Shown here: positions 1-8,192 of the stretch, in pieces
Numbering within the stretch: position 1 is the stretch's first letter
How the letters are laid out: the number at the start of each line of letters is the position of its first letter
NCBI GenBank assembly: GCA_037444665.1
Contig: JBBILZ010000007.1
Coordinates: 1-59,546 of the forward strand
Reading direction: 5' to 3'
From: a candidate division WOR-3 bacterium
GTDB taxonomy: Bacteria; Hydrothermota; Tepidihabitantia; SM23-42; JAOAFX01
DNA: 59,546 bases
Notes under the pieces: model-generated
Databases searched by the model: none
What the model was told of the DNA's origin: nothing
What the model saw: only the letters and a program-made list of their open reading frames with translations
Made by a program: the position numbers and the translations under genes

Positions 1-19
1 TTTCAGAAAAACTTGAACC

Positions 20-171
20 GTAATAGTTTAGCCATCCTGAAATTGTAGTTGCTTGATTTATCAAGCACCAAAAAGAGCCCAATGCTCCGTCCCGATGGGA
101 CGAGAGTCCCTTCGGGAAATTGGGCAATTACTTTGATTTAATCCAATTTTTTAAGATGGCTAACCTATTAC
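20..171 (+). mobile_element. MITE-like composite element, copy 1 (17-bp TIRs, 8-bp TSD, internal REP doublet with nested palindrome)
   Basis: GTAATAGTTTAGCCATC (20-36) and GATGGCTAACCTATTAC (155-171) are inverted repeats with 1 mismatch; CTTGAACC flanks both sides (12-19, 172-179); related copies at 31203-31353 and 41105-41228. Confidence 0.85.
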
Positions 172-222
172 CTTGAACCGAATAAATCGTCCATTTGGAA
201 ATGGCTGATACAATCTTTTCCT

Positions 223-321
223 GACCATAAGACCATCGGACTATGAGAGTATCAGACCATAAAACTATCCAGCCATCCAACCACAAAACCATCCAACTAT
301 TCAACCATCAAACCATCCAAC
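223..321 (+). repeat. Degenerate 8-bp tandem repeat, 12 units (approx. RACYATCM)
   Basis: GACCATAA GACCATCG GACTATGA GAGTATCA GACCATAA AACTATCC AGCCATCC AACCACAA AACCATCC AACTATTC AACCATCA AACCATCC; overlaps the 3' end of the minus-strand CDS. Confidence 0.85.
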
Positions 322-2591
322 AACTTTTGTATCTCCTCTGAATCCGGAATGATTTTTAAAACTTTTTGCAAAACTTTTCTTGCATCCGCCATGTTTTTTG
401 GCGTCCGCCGTTCTTTTTGGCGGATTTCCTTGTTATGTTCCAGACAACTCTTTGCAAAATTTATTGCCTCAGTCTCAAGCTGGGTCAAGATCTTAAACCG
501 CATATTTACTGACCAATCATCAAAATTCTTCTTAAATGGCTCACCGCGGAATAAATTAAATGCTCGTAAATATTCTTTTCTGGCAAATCCCCATTCATCT
601 GCCCGCTCAAGTGCCTTTGCCCGGGCAAGTGTCTGCTCAAATTCCTGATAGTCCGTGGTAAAATAGATTCCTTCGTTTATTAACTCCGGCTCGCCATAGC
701 TTCTTGAAATATTCAATAGATGGGTTGGTACCTTTAATGCCTTTTTTATTCTGACCAACAAATGCGAAAAATTGCGGGATGCAGATTCACTTCCGGGCCA
801 GAAATTATTATAGACCTCATCTAAATTTATCGCCTTTTTCGGCTCCATCGCCTTTGTGCAGAGATAGATCAAAAATGCCGAATCCTTTGGCCTCAATCTT
901 ACTTTTAAATATTTCTGATTTTTATGAACACGCAAGGAGCCGAGAATATTAAATTTATAAACTAATTTTTCATCATTAAATATAGGTAATTGTAATAAAC
1001 TTTTTGGCAACCCTGTTGGTTTTCCTTTTTGCACAAGTGCTTTTACTATTTCATTATTGAACAAACAGAATTTATAAAAGTAATCACTTATTCCTTTTTT
1101 CCTTGCAAAATTCAAAGCTTGGTAGTATGCCCCACTTTTTAATAAAAAAAGTAGTCGTAGAGTCGGCAGGATATTAGTTGAACGAATACATATGAGTTTT
1201 TTCTTACTAATAAATAAGTACTTACAGATTTTCATTTCAAGATCTAATTTGTTTTTCTTCAATAAAGGAATGAGACCCCTAATAAGTTTTTTTGCCTTAA
1301 TTCGGTCACCCATACTGATAAAGGCACCTGCAACAATAAAAATAGATTTAAATAGATTGATTATAATATTTTCTTTTTTGAATAGTGTGATTACTTTGTT
1401 GATCTGCAAAATTGCTTCATTCGGGTAACCCTTCATTAAAAGCAGAGAAGCCCGAAAAAGAATATCCCAACGCGCAGCACCCCAATTTGTGTGCTTAACA
1501 AACTTTGATAATTTAATTGCTTTAACATATTCTCCCTTATAGAGATAAATAAAAGCAAGAGTACCCAGTAAGCGCCTATTTTTTGTATTGTCTAATTTAT
1601 CTATTGCCCTTAAAAACAATTTCTCAGCTTTACTATAATCCTGTAGATTTGAATACAGGTATCCAAGATGGGACATAAAAAAGGCTGACTGATGTTTTTT
1701 GTTGCTTAATAATTTTCTACAAATAGCTGCACATTTATAACTTTCATTTATTCTTGAGGTAAATGCATAAGTTATACCTTTACAAATGTTGAGTGTAAAA
1801 TATGGCTCAAAAAGGAGATAAGAATAATAATTTTTGGAATTATTAACCAATTGTTCCAATAAACTAATCTTTTTTAATTGTTCTTCTGGATTAGGTATCC
1901 AACTCAAGGCAATAACTTCCATCGTGCCAATCCTTAATGCTGAATAAAGGTAATTTTTACTAATACAGGTCTCAAAGAGCTCTCGCAGTTTTATGATATA
2001 TTTCCTATGAGAAATTGAACCAAACATAATGCCCATTTTCTCTATTCGTCTTTTTAGAGCTAAAAATCTATCAGGAATCTGTTGAACCAATTTATTTTCG
2101 GGTAGGAAAGAAATTTTATTCAAAATCTCTGCCGCATCCTTGATTTTCTTTTGGCGAAACATTCTTTCAGCTTTTTCATACATTGCCTTAGCCTCTTCGG
2201 TCCATACACAATAGTTTGTAAAATTATTGGTCATATTATTTTTTTGAAAACCAGCATATCCATATCTCCGCCAGATTGACCAAATGCCTTTAATGGAAAC
2301 ATTGATTCCCTTATTGTTTAGAATTTTTTTAGCTTCTCGTATAGTCAATCTGGGCTCATTTTCTTTTAAATTAACAATCATCTGTTCAATTTCTTTATTT
2401 TTTCTATTCCAAGCCTTCCTGTACTTCAAGAAGACCGTTTCACTGCCTCCCCCTTTATATAATTTCACCCACTTAAAAACACTACGGTAATTAACCCCAA
2501 ATCTTAATGCTGTTTTTCTTAATGATGTATTTTGGTTATAAAGATAATATTTGACAATTTTGACTTTGAATTCAGGAGAATAGTTGTACAT
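297..2591 (-). CDS. Putative transcriptional regulator: N-terminal transposase-like HTH, central TPR/helical repeats, C-terminal BTAD-like domain
   Basis: N-term YSPEFKVKIVK..SLRKTALRFGVNYRSVFKWVK (IS3/IS481-type HTH); TPR-like helices (SHLGYLYSNLQDYSKAEKLFLRAI); C-term LGSLRV..FWP..TTDYQEFE..A..LFRGEPF resembles BTAD. Start moved to ATG 2591 because the -10 box overlaps ATG 2603. Confidence 0.7.
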   Translation of the reverse strand: MYNYSPEFKVKIVKYYLYNQNTSLRKTALRFGVNYRSVFKWVKLYKGGGSETVFLKYRKAWNRKNKEIEQMIVNLKENEPRLTIREAKKILNNKGINVSIKGIWSIWRRYGYAGFQKNNMTNNFTNYCVWTEEAKAMYEKAERMFRQKKIKDAAEILNKISFLPENKLVQQIPDRFLALKRRIEKMGIMFGSISHRKYIIKLRELFETCISKNYLYSALRIGTMEVIALSWIPNPEEQLKKISLLEQLVNNSKNYYSYLLFEPYFTLNICKGITYAFTSRINESYKCAAICRKLLSNKKHQSAFFMSHLGYLYSNLQDYSKAEKLFLRAIDKLDNTKNRRLLGTLAFIYLYKGEYVKAIKLSKFVKHTNWGAARWDILFRASLLLMKGYPNEAILQINKVITLFKKENIIINLFKSIFIVAGAFISMGDRIKAKKLIRGLIPLLKKNKLDLEMKICKYLFISKKKLICIRSTNILPTLRLLFLLKSGAYYQALNFARKKGISDYFYKFCLFNNEIVKALVQKGKPTGLPKSLLQLPIFNDEKLVYKFNILGSLRVHKNQKYLKVRLRPKDSAFLIYLCTKAMEPKKAINLDEVYNNFWPGSESASRNFSHLLVRIKKALKVPTHLLNISRSYGEPELINEGIYFTTDYQEFEQTLARAKALERADEWGFARKEYLRAFNLFRGEPFKKNFDDWSVNMRFKILTQLETEAINFAKSCLEHNKEIRQKERRTPKNMADARKVLQKVLKIIPDSEEIQKLLDGLMVE
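385..424. repeat. Two fused TCCGCCA-N7-TGGCGGA hairpins inside the CDS
   Basis: TCCGCCA TGTTTTT TGGCG TCCGCCG TTCTTTT TGGCGGA; same motif at 31591-31611 and 51052-51072. Confidence 0.75.
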
Positions 2592-2601
2592 AAGCGGAAA
2601 C

Positions 2602-2629
2602 ATTATAACAAAAATAAAAAATATGTCAA
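2602..2629 (-). promoter_or_regulatory. sigma70-type promoter of the HTH/TPR gene
   Basis: TTGACA (2629-2624), 16 nt, TATAAT (2607-2602). Confidence 0.75.
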
Positions 2630-2737
2630 GTATTTAACTTAATGACTATTTCCTGCTGAAAAATCATTAGGAATTGGTATGATCATTACTAAAAACAAAC
2701 ACAATTTTTATTATAATAATCAATGTAAGGAGGCAAA

Positions 2738-4396
2738 ATGAACCATTTTACAGCTAAAGGCTCAATGCCTTTATTGACTGGTTTATTGGGTTGCACAATA
2801 AGTATCCTGATTGCCCAGACTCAGTTAATTAAGGATTTTGATGCCCCCGAAATGGGATTACAGACTCGTATTGAAAAAGTAATTAGAACATATTATGATG
2901 ATGGGTATGTAATTATTGGGGCAACCGCTGAAAACGCTGGTGATATGGATGCTTTTATTGGAAAGGTGGATCATTTCTATAATTTTGTATGGGCAAGGCG
3001 CCTGGATATCACTTCCTGGGACCGATTATGGGATGTAATTGAAACATATGACCAGGGATATTTGGCTGTTGGCTACACCGGGCCGGTCTTGGGACCTGAA
3101 GATTGTCTTCTGCTTAAATTCTCTGCCGGTGGTGACTTGGAATACGCCAAAACTATTGATGCGGGGGGTAATGATATAATATGGTCCTTAGCCAGCGGAC
3201 AGGGAAAAAACTATTTATTAACAGGATATACGAATGCCTACAGTGGTTCCTATGACATATTTAATATAATGCTTGACAGCCTTGGCAATATGATGTGGGC
3301 AAAAACCATAGATATTTCATCCGATGTTTCATCATTTAGCAAGTTAATTATCAATACCGCTGATTCTGGCTATGCAATTGCAGGCATTATTACTCAAACG
3401 CCATCGACATATGTATCCTTTATTACTAAGTTAGATGAAAATGGCACACCAGCGTGGACAATATCCATTTCATCTGACGCGTCAATGCGGGCATACACTT
3501 TGATTCAAACACCTGACAGTGGATTTGTAACTGCTGTATATAGAGCGGTGAGTGGTAATTCCGATGATGATATCGGTGTTATTAAGATTGACGCAAGTGG
3601 CTCTCTTGAATGGGCACGCGGATTTGATATCTTTGTAAATAATTTTCACGTTCAATGCAGAGCTATTGCTCTTACTAATACCCAAACTGGAGAATATGTA
3701 ATTGGTGGATGGGCGTATAGAGACTCATCCGACATCTATATACAGACACCCTATATTATAAAATTAACTTCTCAAGGGAATGTAATATGGTCAAAAACTG
3801 CTGAATATCCTAATACATTTGCAGTATGCAGTAGCATCTTAGAAGATGGAGATGGATTTCTATACTGGGGTAGCCATTTGGTAGGACCTGACGAAAATGT
3901 AATGACACTGATAAGATTTGATACTACAGGAGAAATCTGCTTAGAAGATACATTTATGTTGGATTTGTCTGCTTACACACCCCCGATTGGAATTAGTAAT
4001 CTAACAGCTAATGTTACAACTGTAAATCCCGTAGTTAATACAATAACCCCTAATATAATAATACCGGCAATAAATGGAACGGTCATTTGTGAAGGTGGAC
4101 AATCTATTCTTGAAACATCAGAAGGTAATGCTATACCAAATTTTACTTGCACCTCAACTTTCTTTAGCAATACAATTGAAATAAGGTTCTCACATATTTC
4201 TTCCAACCCTATTGAGATTGAAATTTTTAATGTGTTAGGACAGACTGTATACAAGGCAAGGACTGGATCTACTCCCTATCACATTCTGATTGAAGGAGAA
4301 AAGATAAATAAGCTGCCATCAGGCATATACTTTATTACAATCGTTTCTCAAAATGAAATTCTGGGTAGGGCAAAATTAATTAAGATTCATCGTTGA
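2738..4396 (+). CDS. Secreted beta-propeller-repeat protein with T9SS-type C-terminal sorting domain
   Basis: AAGGAGG SD; hydrophobic N-term; repeated DxGY..G.T...D..(I/L)K.D..G...W.(K/R) units; C-term IEIFNVLGQ..LPSGIYFI. Confidence 0.75.
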   Translation: MNHFTAKGSMPLLTGLLGCTISILIAQTQLIKDFDAPEMGLQTRIEKVIRTYYDDGYVIIGATAENAGDMDAFIGKVDHFYNFVWARRLDITSWDRLWDVIETYDQGYLAVGYTGPVLGPEDCLLLKFSAGGDLEYAKTIDAGGNDIIWSLASGQGKNYLLTGYTNAYSGSYDIFNIMLDSLGNMMWAKTIDISSDVSSFSKLIINTADSGYAIAGIITQTPSTYVSFITKLDENGTPAWTISISSDASMRAYTLIQTPDSGFVTAVYRAVSGNSDDDIGVIKIDASGSLEWARGFDIFVNNFHVQCRAIALTNTQTGEYVIGGWAYRDSSDIYIQTPYIIKLTSQGNVIWSKTAEYPNTFAVCSSILEDGDGFLYWGSHLVGPDENVMTLIRFDTTGEICLEDTFMLDLSAYTPPIGISNLTANVTTVNPVVNTITPNIIIPAINGTVICEGGQSILETSEGNAIPNFTCTSTFFSNTIEIRFSHISSNPIEIEIFNVLGQTVYKARTGSTPYHILIEGEKINKLPSGIYFITIVSQNEILGRAKLIKIHR

Positions 4397-4448
4397 TGTT
4401 AAGCAACAGGTTCGATAAAAGCTGTAAAGTTGAGAGCAAAAAGAAACA

Positions 4449-5108
4449 GTGCAAATCAAAAAAGATAATTTGGAGCATCTTTATCTTGATGTCTTGATTG
4501 CCTGTTTAAAAGAGATTGTTAAGGCATTGAAAAGTGAACCTGGGAAGGCGTTGGTTGATTTGAGGGAAATTGGTAAGACACTTGATAGCATTGTGCCTTA
4601 CAGAGATGGTCATAGCCAGAGGGTGGCAAAGTATGCCCGGGCGATTGCTGAAAATATGGGTTTTAGTAAAGAGCAGCTGGTAATGATAGAGGCGAGTGCC
4701 TTATTGCATGATTTAGGAAAGATTGGGATTGATGAGATGATTATATATAAACCAGAGCCATTGACTAAAGAAGAGAAAGAGGAGATAGATAAACATGTTT
4801 TAAGGGGTTATCATATTCTATCAGGTTTTACTGATATTCCTGAGATATTGGATGGTGTTAAGTGCCATCATGAGTTCTGGGATGGTTCAGGTTATCCTGA
4901 AGGGTTAGATGATGGTAGTATTCCTTTGGTTGGTAGAATCCTTGCGGTTGCTGATGCCTATGATGCAATGACATCAAAGAGGCCATATCATAGGGTTAAA
5001 ACGAAAAAAGAGGCAATCTCAGAATTAAAAAGACTTTCTGGGATTCAATTTGACAGGGATGTGGTAAAAATGTTTTTGAGATCCACAGTAGAAAAAAATA
5101 CACTTTGA
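4449..5108 (+). CDS. HD-GYP domain phosphodiesterase (c-di-GMP class II)
   Basis: GHSQRVA, LLHDLGKIG, HHEFWDGSGYP, ILAVADAYDAMTSKRPY motifs. Confidence 0.92.
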   Translation: MQIKKDNLEHLYLDVLIACLKEIVKALKSEPGKALVDLREIGKTLDSIVPYRDGHSQRVAKYARAIAENMGFSKEQLVMIEASALLHDLGKIGIDEMIIYKPEPLTKEEKEEIDKHVLRGYHILSGFTDIPEILDGVKCHHEFWDGSGYPEGLDDGSIPLVGRILAVADAYDAMTSKRPYHRVKTKKEAISELKRLSGIQFDRDVVKMFLRSTVEKNTL

Positions 5109-5111
5109 TAA

Positions 5112-5135
5112 TTAAACAATTAAATAATTGTTTAA
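5112..5135. repeat. AT-rich inverted repeat directly after the HD-GYP stop
   Basis: TTAAACAATTA-AA-TAATTGTTTAA. Confidence 0.6.
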
Positions 5136-5146
5136 GTGTTCATTAT

Positions 5147-5178
5147 TACGGCAATACGACAATTGTCGTATTGCCGTA
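5147..5178. repeat. Perfect 32-bp palindrome (terminator or protein-binding site)
   Basis: TACGGCAATACGACAATTGTCGTATTGCCGTA equals its own reverse complement. Confidence 0.85.
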
Positions 5179-5396
5179 TAAGTAGATTGAAACTGTTTGA
5201 AGATTGGATTTAAGGCCGGTCGAAAAAAATAATCAATTTTAATTAAGCTTACTGGTGGCTGACAAAATGAACAGATTATTAAAACTAAATAAGCTATAAT
5301 GTAGCATCTGAATTAAGAAGGTTACAAATTATCAATAGTGGCAAGATATTGTAGCATTCTGGACTTAAGTCTTAAGAAGAGAATGCATTTTGGTAC

Positions 5397-5424
5397 TTGA
5401 CAGTTTTTATTTTTTAAATATACT
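5397..5424 (+). promoter_or_regulatory. sigma70-type promoter of the his/aromatic superoperon
   Basis: TTGACA (5397-5402), 16 nt, TATACT (5419-5424); predicted start about 5431-5432. Confidence 0.8.
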
Positions 5425-5431
5425 TGGCACC

Positions 5432-5512
5432 GTGGTTAGGATTTTAAGCAATATAAAACTCAGAGCCGATTGTCCGAAAGGGGCAATATCGGATATTATT
5501 TATCTTAACCAC
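5432..5512 (+). promoter_or_regulatory. Structured 5' leader domain (nested stems, GAAA-capped hairpin)
   Basis: GTGGTTAGGAT (5432-5442) pairs with ATCTTAACCAC (5502-5512); AATAT/ATATT; CCGAT/ATCGG; TTGTCC-GAAA-GGGGCAA. Confidence 0.55.
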
Positions 5513-5569
5513 AATACTACAAGATTCCACTTTAATCATTACTGGTATTGGCACTTCCGGGCCCAATAA
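5432..5569 (+). CDS. Putative His/Phe/Tyr/Trp attenuator leader peptide, 45 aa: MVRILSNIKLRADCPKGAISDIIYLNHNTTRFHFNHYWYWHFRAQ
   Basis: Hand translation: TTC CAC TTT AAT CAT TAC TGG TAT TGG CAC TTC (5525-5557); 10 of 11 codons are His/Phe/Tyr/Trp. GTG lies 7 nt after the -10 box. Start codon less certain than the codon cluster. Confidence 0.8.
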   Translation: MVRILSNIKLRADCPKGAISDIIYLNHNTTRFHFNHYWYWHFRAQ

Positions 5570-5614
5570 AGGCCTATATATCCTTTTTTGGTCCCGGAAG
5601 TGCAACCATCTTTT
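5543..5614 (+). terminator. Attenuator/terminator hairpin overlapping the leader-peptide control codons
   Basis: GCACTTCCGGG (5551-5561)/CCCGGAAGTGC (5593-5603), CCAA/TTGG, AAAGG/CCTTT, outer TGGT/ACCA, followed by TCTTTT (5609-5614). Confidence 0.7.
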
Positions 5615-5705
5615 AATCATACATAAAAATTTAACTATTCCCTAAAAAGCAAATTTAAGGCATTTGTTTGCCTTAAGAAAATAATTATATATCAAGGAGG
5701 TTATC

Positions 5706-6560
5706 TTGCAAAAATTACGAATTGCGATTCCAAAAGGGAGTATTTATGAAAGCGTTGTTACATTATTGGCAGATGCCGGAATAAATATTTCTAAGAATGA
5801 ACGGGTTTACCGTCCAATCGTCAATGACCCAGAACTTGAGATAAAGATTTTAAGGCCACAAAATATTCCTGAATTGGTTGAATATGGTTCGCATGATACA
5901 GGCTTCACAGGTAAAGACTGGATAGTGGAATCACAGGTAGAGGTGGTTGAAGTGGTGGATTTAAAACTGGACCCGGTGAAGATTGTATCTGCCATACCCG
6001 AGAATATGGGAGAGAAAGATTTACGCGAAAAGAGAATAATTGTTGCGTCAGAATACGAGCGGCTGACGAAGGACTTTATGAACAAAGAAAGATTCAGTTA
6101 TAGATATGTCCGCACCTATGGTGCAACCGAAGTCTACCCTCCAGAAGATGCAGATATGATTGTTGATAACACTGCTACGGGTAATACCTTGAAAGAGCAT
6201 AAGCTTAAAATATTTAAGGTGATAATGGATTCCACGACAAGATTTATTGCTTCAAAAAAGGCGATGAATGATATCTGGAAAAGGAACAAGATTGAAGAAT
6301 TAAAGATGTTGTTCCAGGCTGTCCTTGATGCACGGGAAAGGGTAATGCTTGAGATGAATGTGCCAAAGGAAAAATTTAATGCCATAGTAAAGATTCTACC
6401 CTGTATGCGTTCACCAACTATTGCACCACTCTATGGAGAAAAGGGTTTTGCGGTAAAAGTGGCAGTGAAAAAGAATGAGGTTGCAAAATTGATTCCTAAA
6501 TTAAAAAAGCTTGGCGCGACAGATATCCTGGAATATGAATTCCGAAAGGTTGTAGTATGA
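5706..6560 (+). CDS. hisG: ATP phosphoribosyltransferase, long form
   Basis: LRIAIPKG, RPQNIP, DTGFTGKD, GATEV.P..AD.IVD..TG.TL, C-terminal regulatory domain (SPTIAPL); AAGGAGG SD before TTG. Confidence 0.95.
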   Translation: MQKLRIAIPKGSIYESVVTLLADAGINISKNERVYRPIVNDPELEIKILRPQNIPELVEYGSHDTGFTGKDWIVESQVEVVEVVDLKLDPVKIVSAIPENMGEKDLREKRIIVASEYERLTKDFMNKERFSYRYVRTYGATEVYPPEDADMIVDNTATGNTLKEHKLKIFKVIMDSTTRFIASKKAMNDIWKRNKIEELKMLFQAVLDARERVMLEMNVPKEKFNAIVKILPCMRSPTIAPLYGEKGFAVKVAVKKNEVAKLIPKLKKLGATDILEYEFRKVVV

Positions 6561-7615
6561 TAAAACTCAAAAAATCAGTGCTTGGACTACCTGTTTATGA
6601 AGTACCCCAGCAGGCATTGGTCAAATTGAATCAGAATGAATCACCCTACGACATACCGGCAGAGTTTAAGAATGAAATTATGGAAAGAATGAAAAAATAT
6701 GCCTGGAACCGTTATCCAGCAGGCGATAACATTGCGTTGAAAAAGGCACTATCACATTACACAGATTGTCCATATGAGAACATCATTGCGGGCAATGGTT
6801 CTAATGAGTTGATCCTTGCGGTAATGCTTTCGGTCTGTGATAAAGGGGATAATATTACACTGGTCAGCCCTGGTTTTGCCATCTATGCCTATTGTGCACG
6901 ACTGATGAATCTCTGTATAACTGAAGTGCCACTTAAAGGAGACTTTTCATTCAATGTGAGTGCATTGTATACCCTGGCACGAAAGACAAAGTTAATGTGC
7001 TTTGCATCGCCCAATAATCCTACGGGCACCACAATAGATATTTCTGCAATTGAGGAGATTGTAAAATTAAATCAATGTCTGGTCGTTGTGGATGAGGCAT
7101 ATTTTGAATTTCACAAATCAACTGCCCAGCATCTTGTGAACAAGTATAAAAATGTTTTAATCCTCCGCACATTCTCCAAGGCTTTCAGTTTTGCAGGTTT
7201 GCGGCTCGGTTATCTCATCGGTAATAAATATATTGTGGCACAGATTGAAAAGGCAAAACTTCCATTCTCAGTGGGCATATTCCAGCAGGTAGCAGGTGGA
7301 TTTTTGCTCGGTCAAAAAAAATTTGTGTTGAACACGGTCAATAAAGTAATTAAGGAAAGAGAGAAGGTAATGGCTGAACTGGAACTTATCCCGGACATAG
7401 AACCTATCCCATCACGGGCAAACTTTATTCTATTTACACTAAAAAAACATAATGCCAATGAAGTTTTCCAAGCACTCTATAAAAAAGGAATTCTTGTGCG
7501 GAAATTTAATCATCCATCTTTAGATAATAAACTCCGTGTCACTATTGGCAAACCAGAAGAGAATCAGTTCTTTTTAAAAAGTCTTTTGAAATTTCTGGAG
7601 GTAAAAAATGCGTAG
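6557..7615 (+). CDS. hisC: Histidinol-phosphate aminotransferase
   Basis: KLNQNESP, NRYP, GNGSNE, SPNNPTG, VDEAY, RTFSKAFSFAGLRLGY. Confidence 0.95.
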   Translation: MIKLKKSVLGLPVYEVPQQALVKLNQNESPYDIPAEFKNEIMERMKKYAWNRYPAGDNIALKKALSHYTDCPYENIIAGNGSNELILAVMLSVCDKGDNITLVSPGFAIYAYCARLMNLCITEVPLKGDFSFNVSALYTLARKTKLMCFASPNNPTGTTIDISAIEEIVKLNQCLVVVDEAYFEFHKSTAQHLVNKYKNVLILRTFSKAFSFAGLRLGYLIGNKYIVAQIEKAKLPFSVGIFQQVAGGFLLGQKKFVLNTVNKVIKEREKVMAELELIPDIEPIPSRANFILFTLKKHNANEVFQALYKKGILVRKFNHPSLDNKLRVTIGKPEENQFFLKSLLKFLEVKNA

Positions 7616-8192
7616 AGCAGAGATAAATCGTAAAACAAAAGAGACAGATATCAGTATTACCTTGAATATTGATGGTAATGGAAATACAGAGATTGTCTCA
7701 CCTATTGGGTTTTTCACTCATATGCTTGAGACCTTTGCAAAACATGGAAGATTCAACCTTGCGGCGAAAATAAAAGGGGATATTGATGTGGACCAGCACC
7801 ATCTTTTAGAAGATACTGGCTATTGTCTGGGAATGGCTTTTAATAAGGCACTGGGTAATAAAAAAAATATTGAAAGGGCTGGATTCTTTATTCAGCCCAT
7901 GGATGAGGCACTGGTAATGGTAGCCATTGATATTTCAGGTAGGCCACTACTAAATTTTTCAGGTAAATTCAAAGGCAATAAGGTTGGTGACCTTAATTTA
8001 GATGTGGTCTATGATTTTTTTGCTGGATTTGTAAATGGTTGTTTATGTACGATTCACATCAAGGTATTTGCCGGTAGATCTGACCATCACAAGACTGAGG
8101 CTATGTTCAAGGCATTTGCACGGGCAATGAATCAGGTATGCAGGATTGATAAAAAAATAAAAGGGATTCCCAGCACAAAAGGGGTAATATGA
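7608..8192 (+). CDS. hisB: Imidazoleglycerol-phosphate dehydratase (monofunctional)
   Basis: RKTKETDI, FFTHML, DQHHLLED, PMDEAL, HHKTEAMFKA, PSTKG; no phosphatase domain. Confidence 0.96.
   Translation: MRRAEINRKTKETDISITLNIDGNGNTEIVSPIGFFTHMLETFAKHGRFNLAAKIKGDIDVDQHHLLEDTGYCLGMAFNKALGNKKNIERAGFFIQPMDEALVMVAIDISGRPLLNFSGKFKGNKVGDLNLDVVYDFFAGFVNGCLCTIHIKVFAGRSDHHKTEAMFKAFARAMNQVCRIDKKIKGIPSTKGVI

Noticed and set aside
297..2603. IS481/IS3 transposase
   Set aside because: Only the HTH resembles a transposase; no DDE/integrase core and no flanking IS ends
5425..5434. T-box riboswitch suggested by TGGCACCGTG (UGGNACC-like)
   Set aside because: It lies between the -10 box and the predicted start site, with no recognisable Stem I or specifier loop upstream; the leader-peptide model fits better
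5655..5676. TTAAGGCA-N6-TGCCTTAA hairpin as the attenuator terminator
   Set aside because: AT-rich 8-bp stem followed by A-rich rather than U-rich sequence and too far from the control codons; it may still have a minor role
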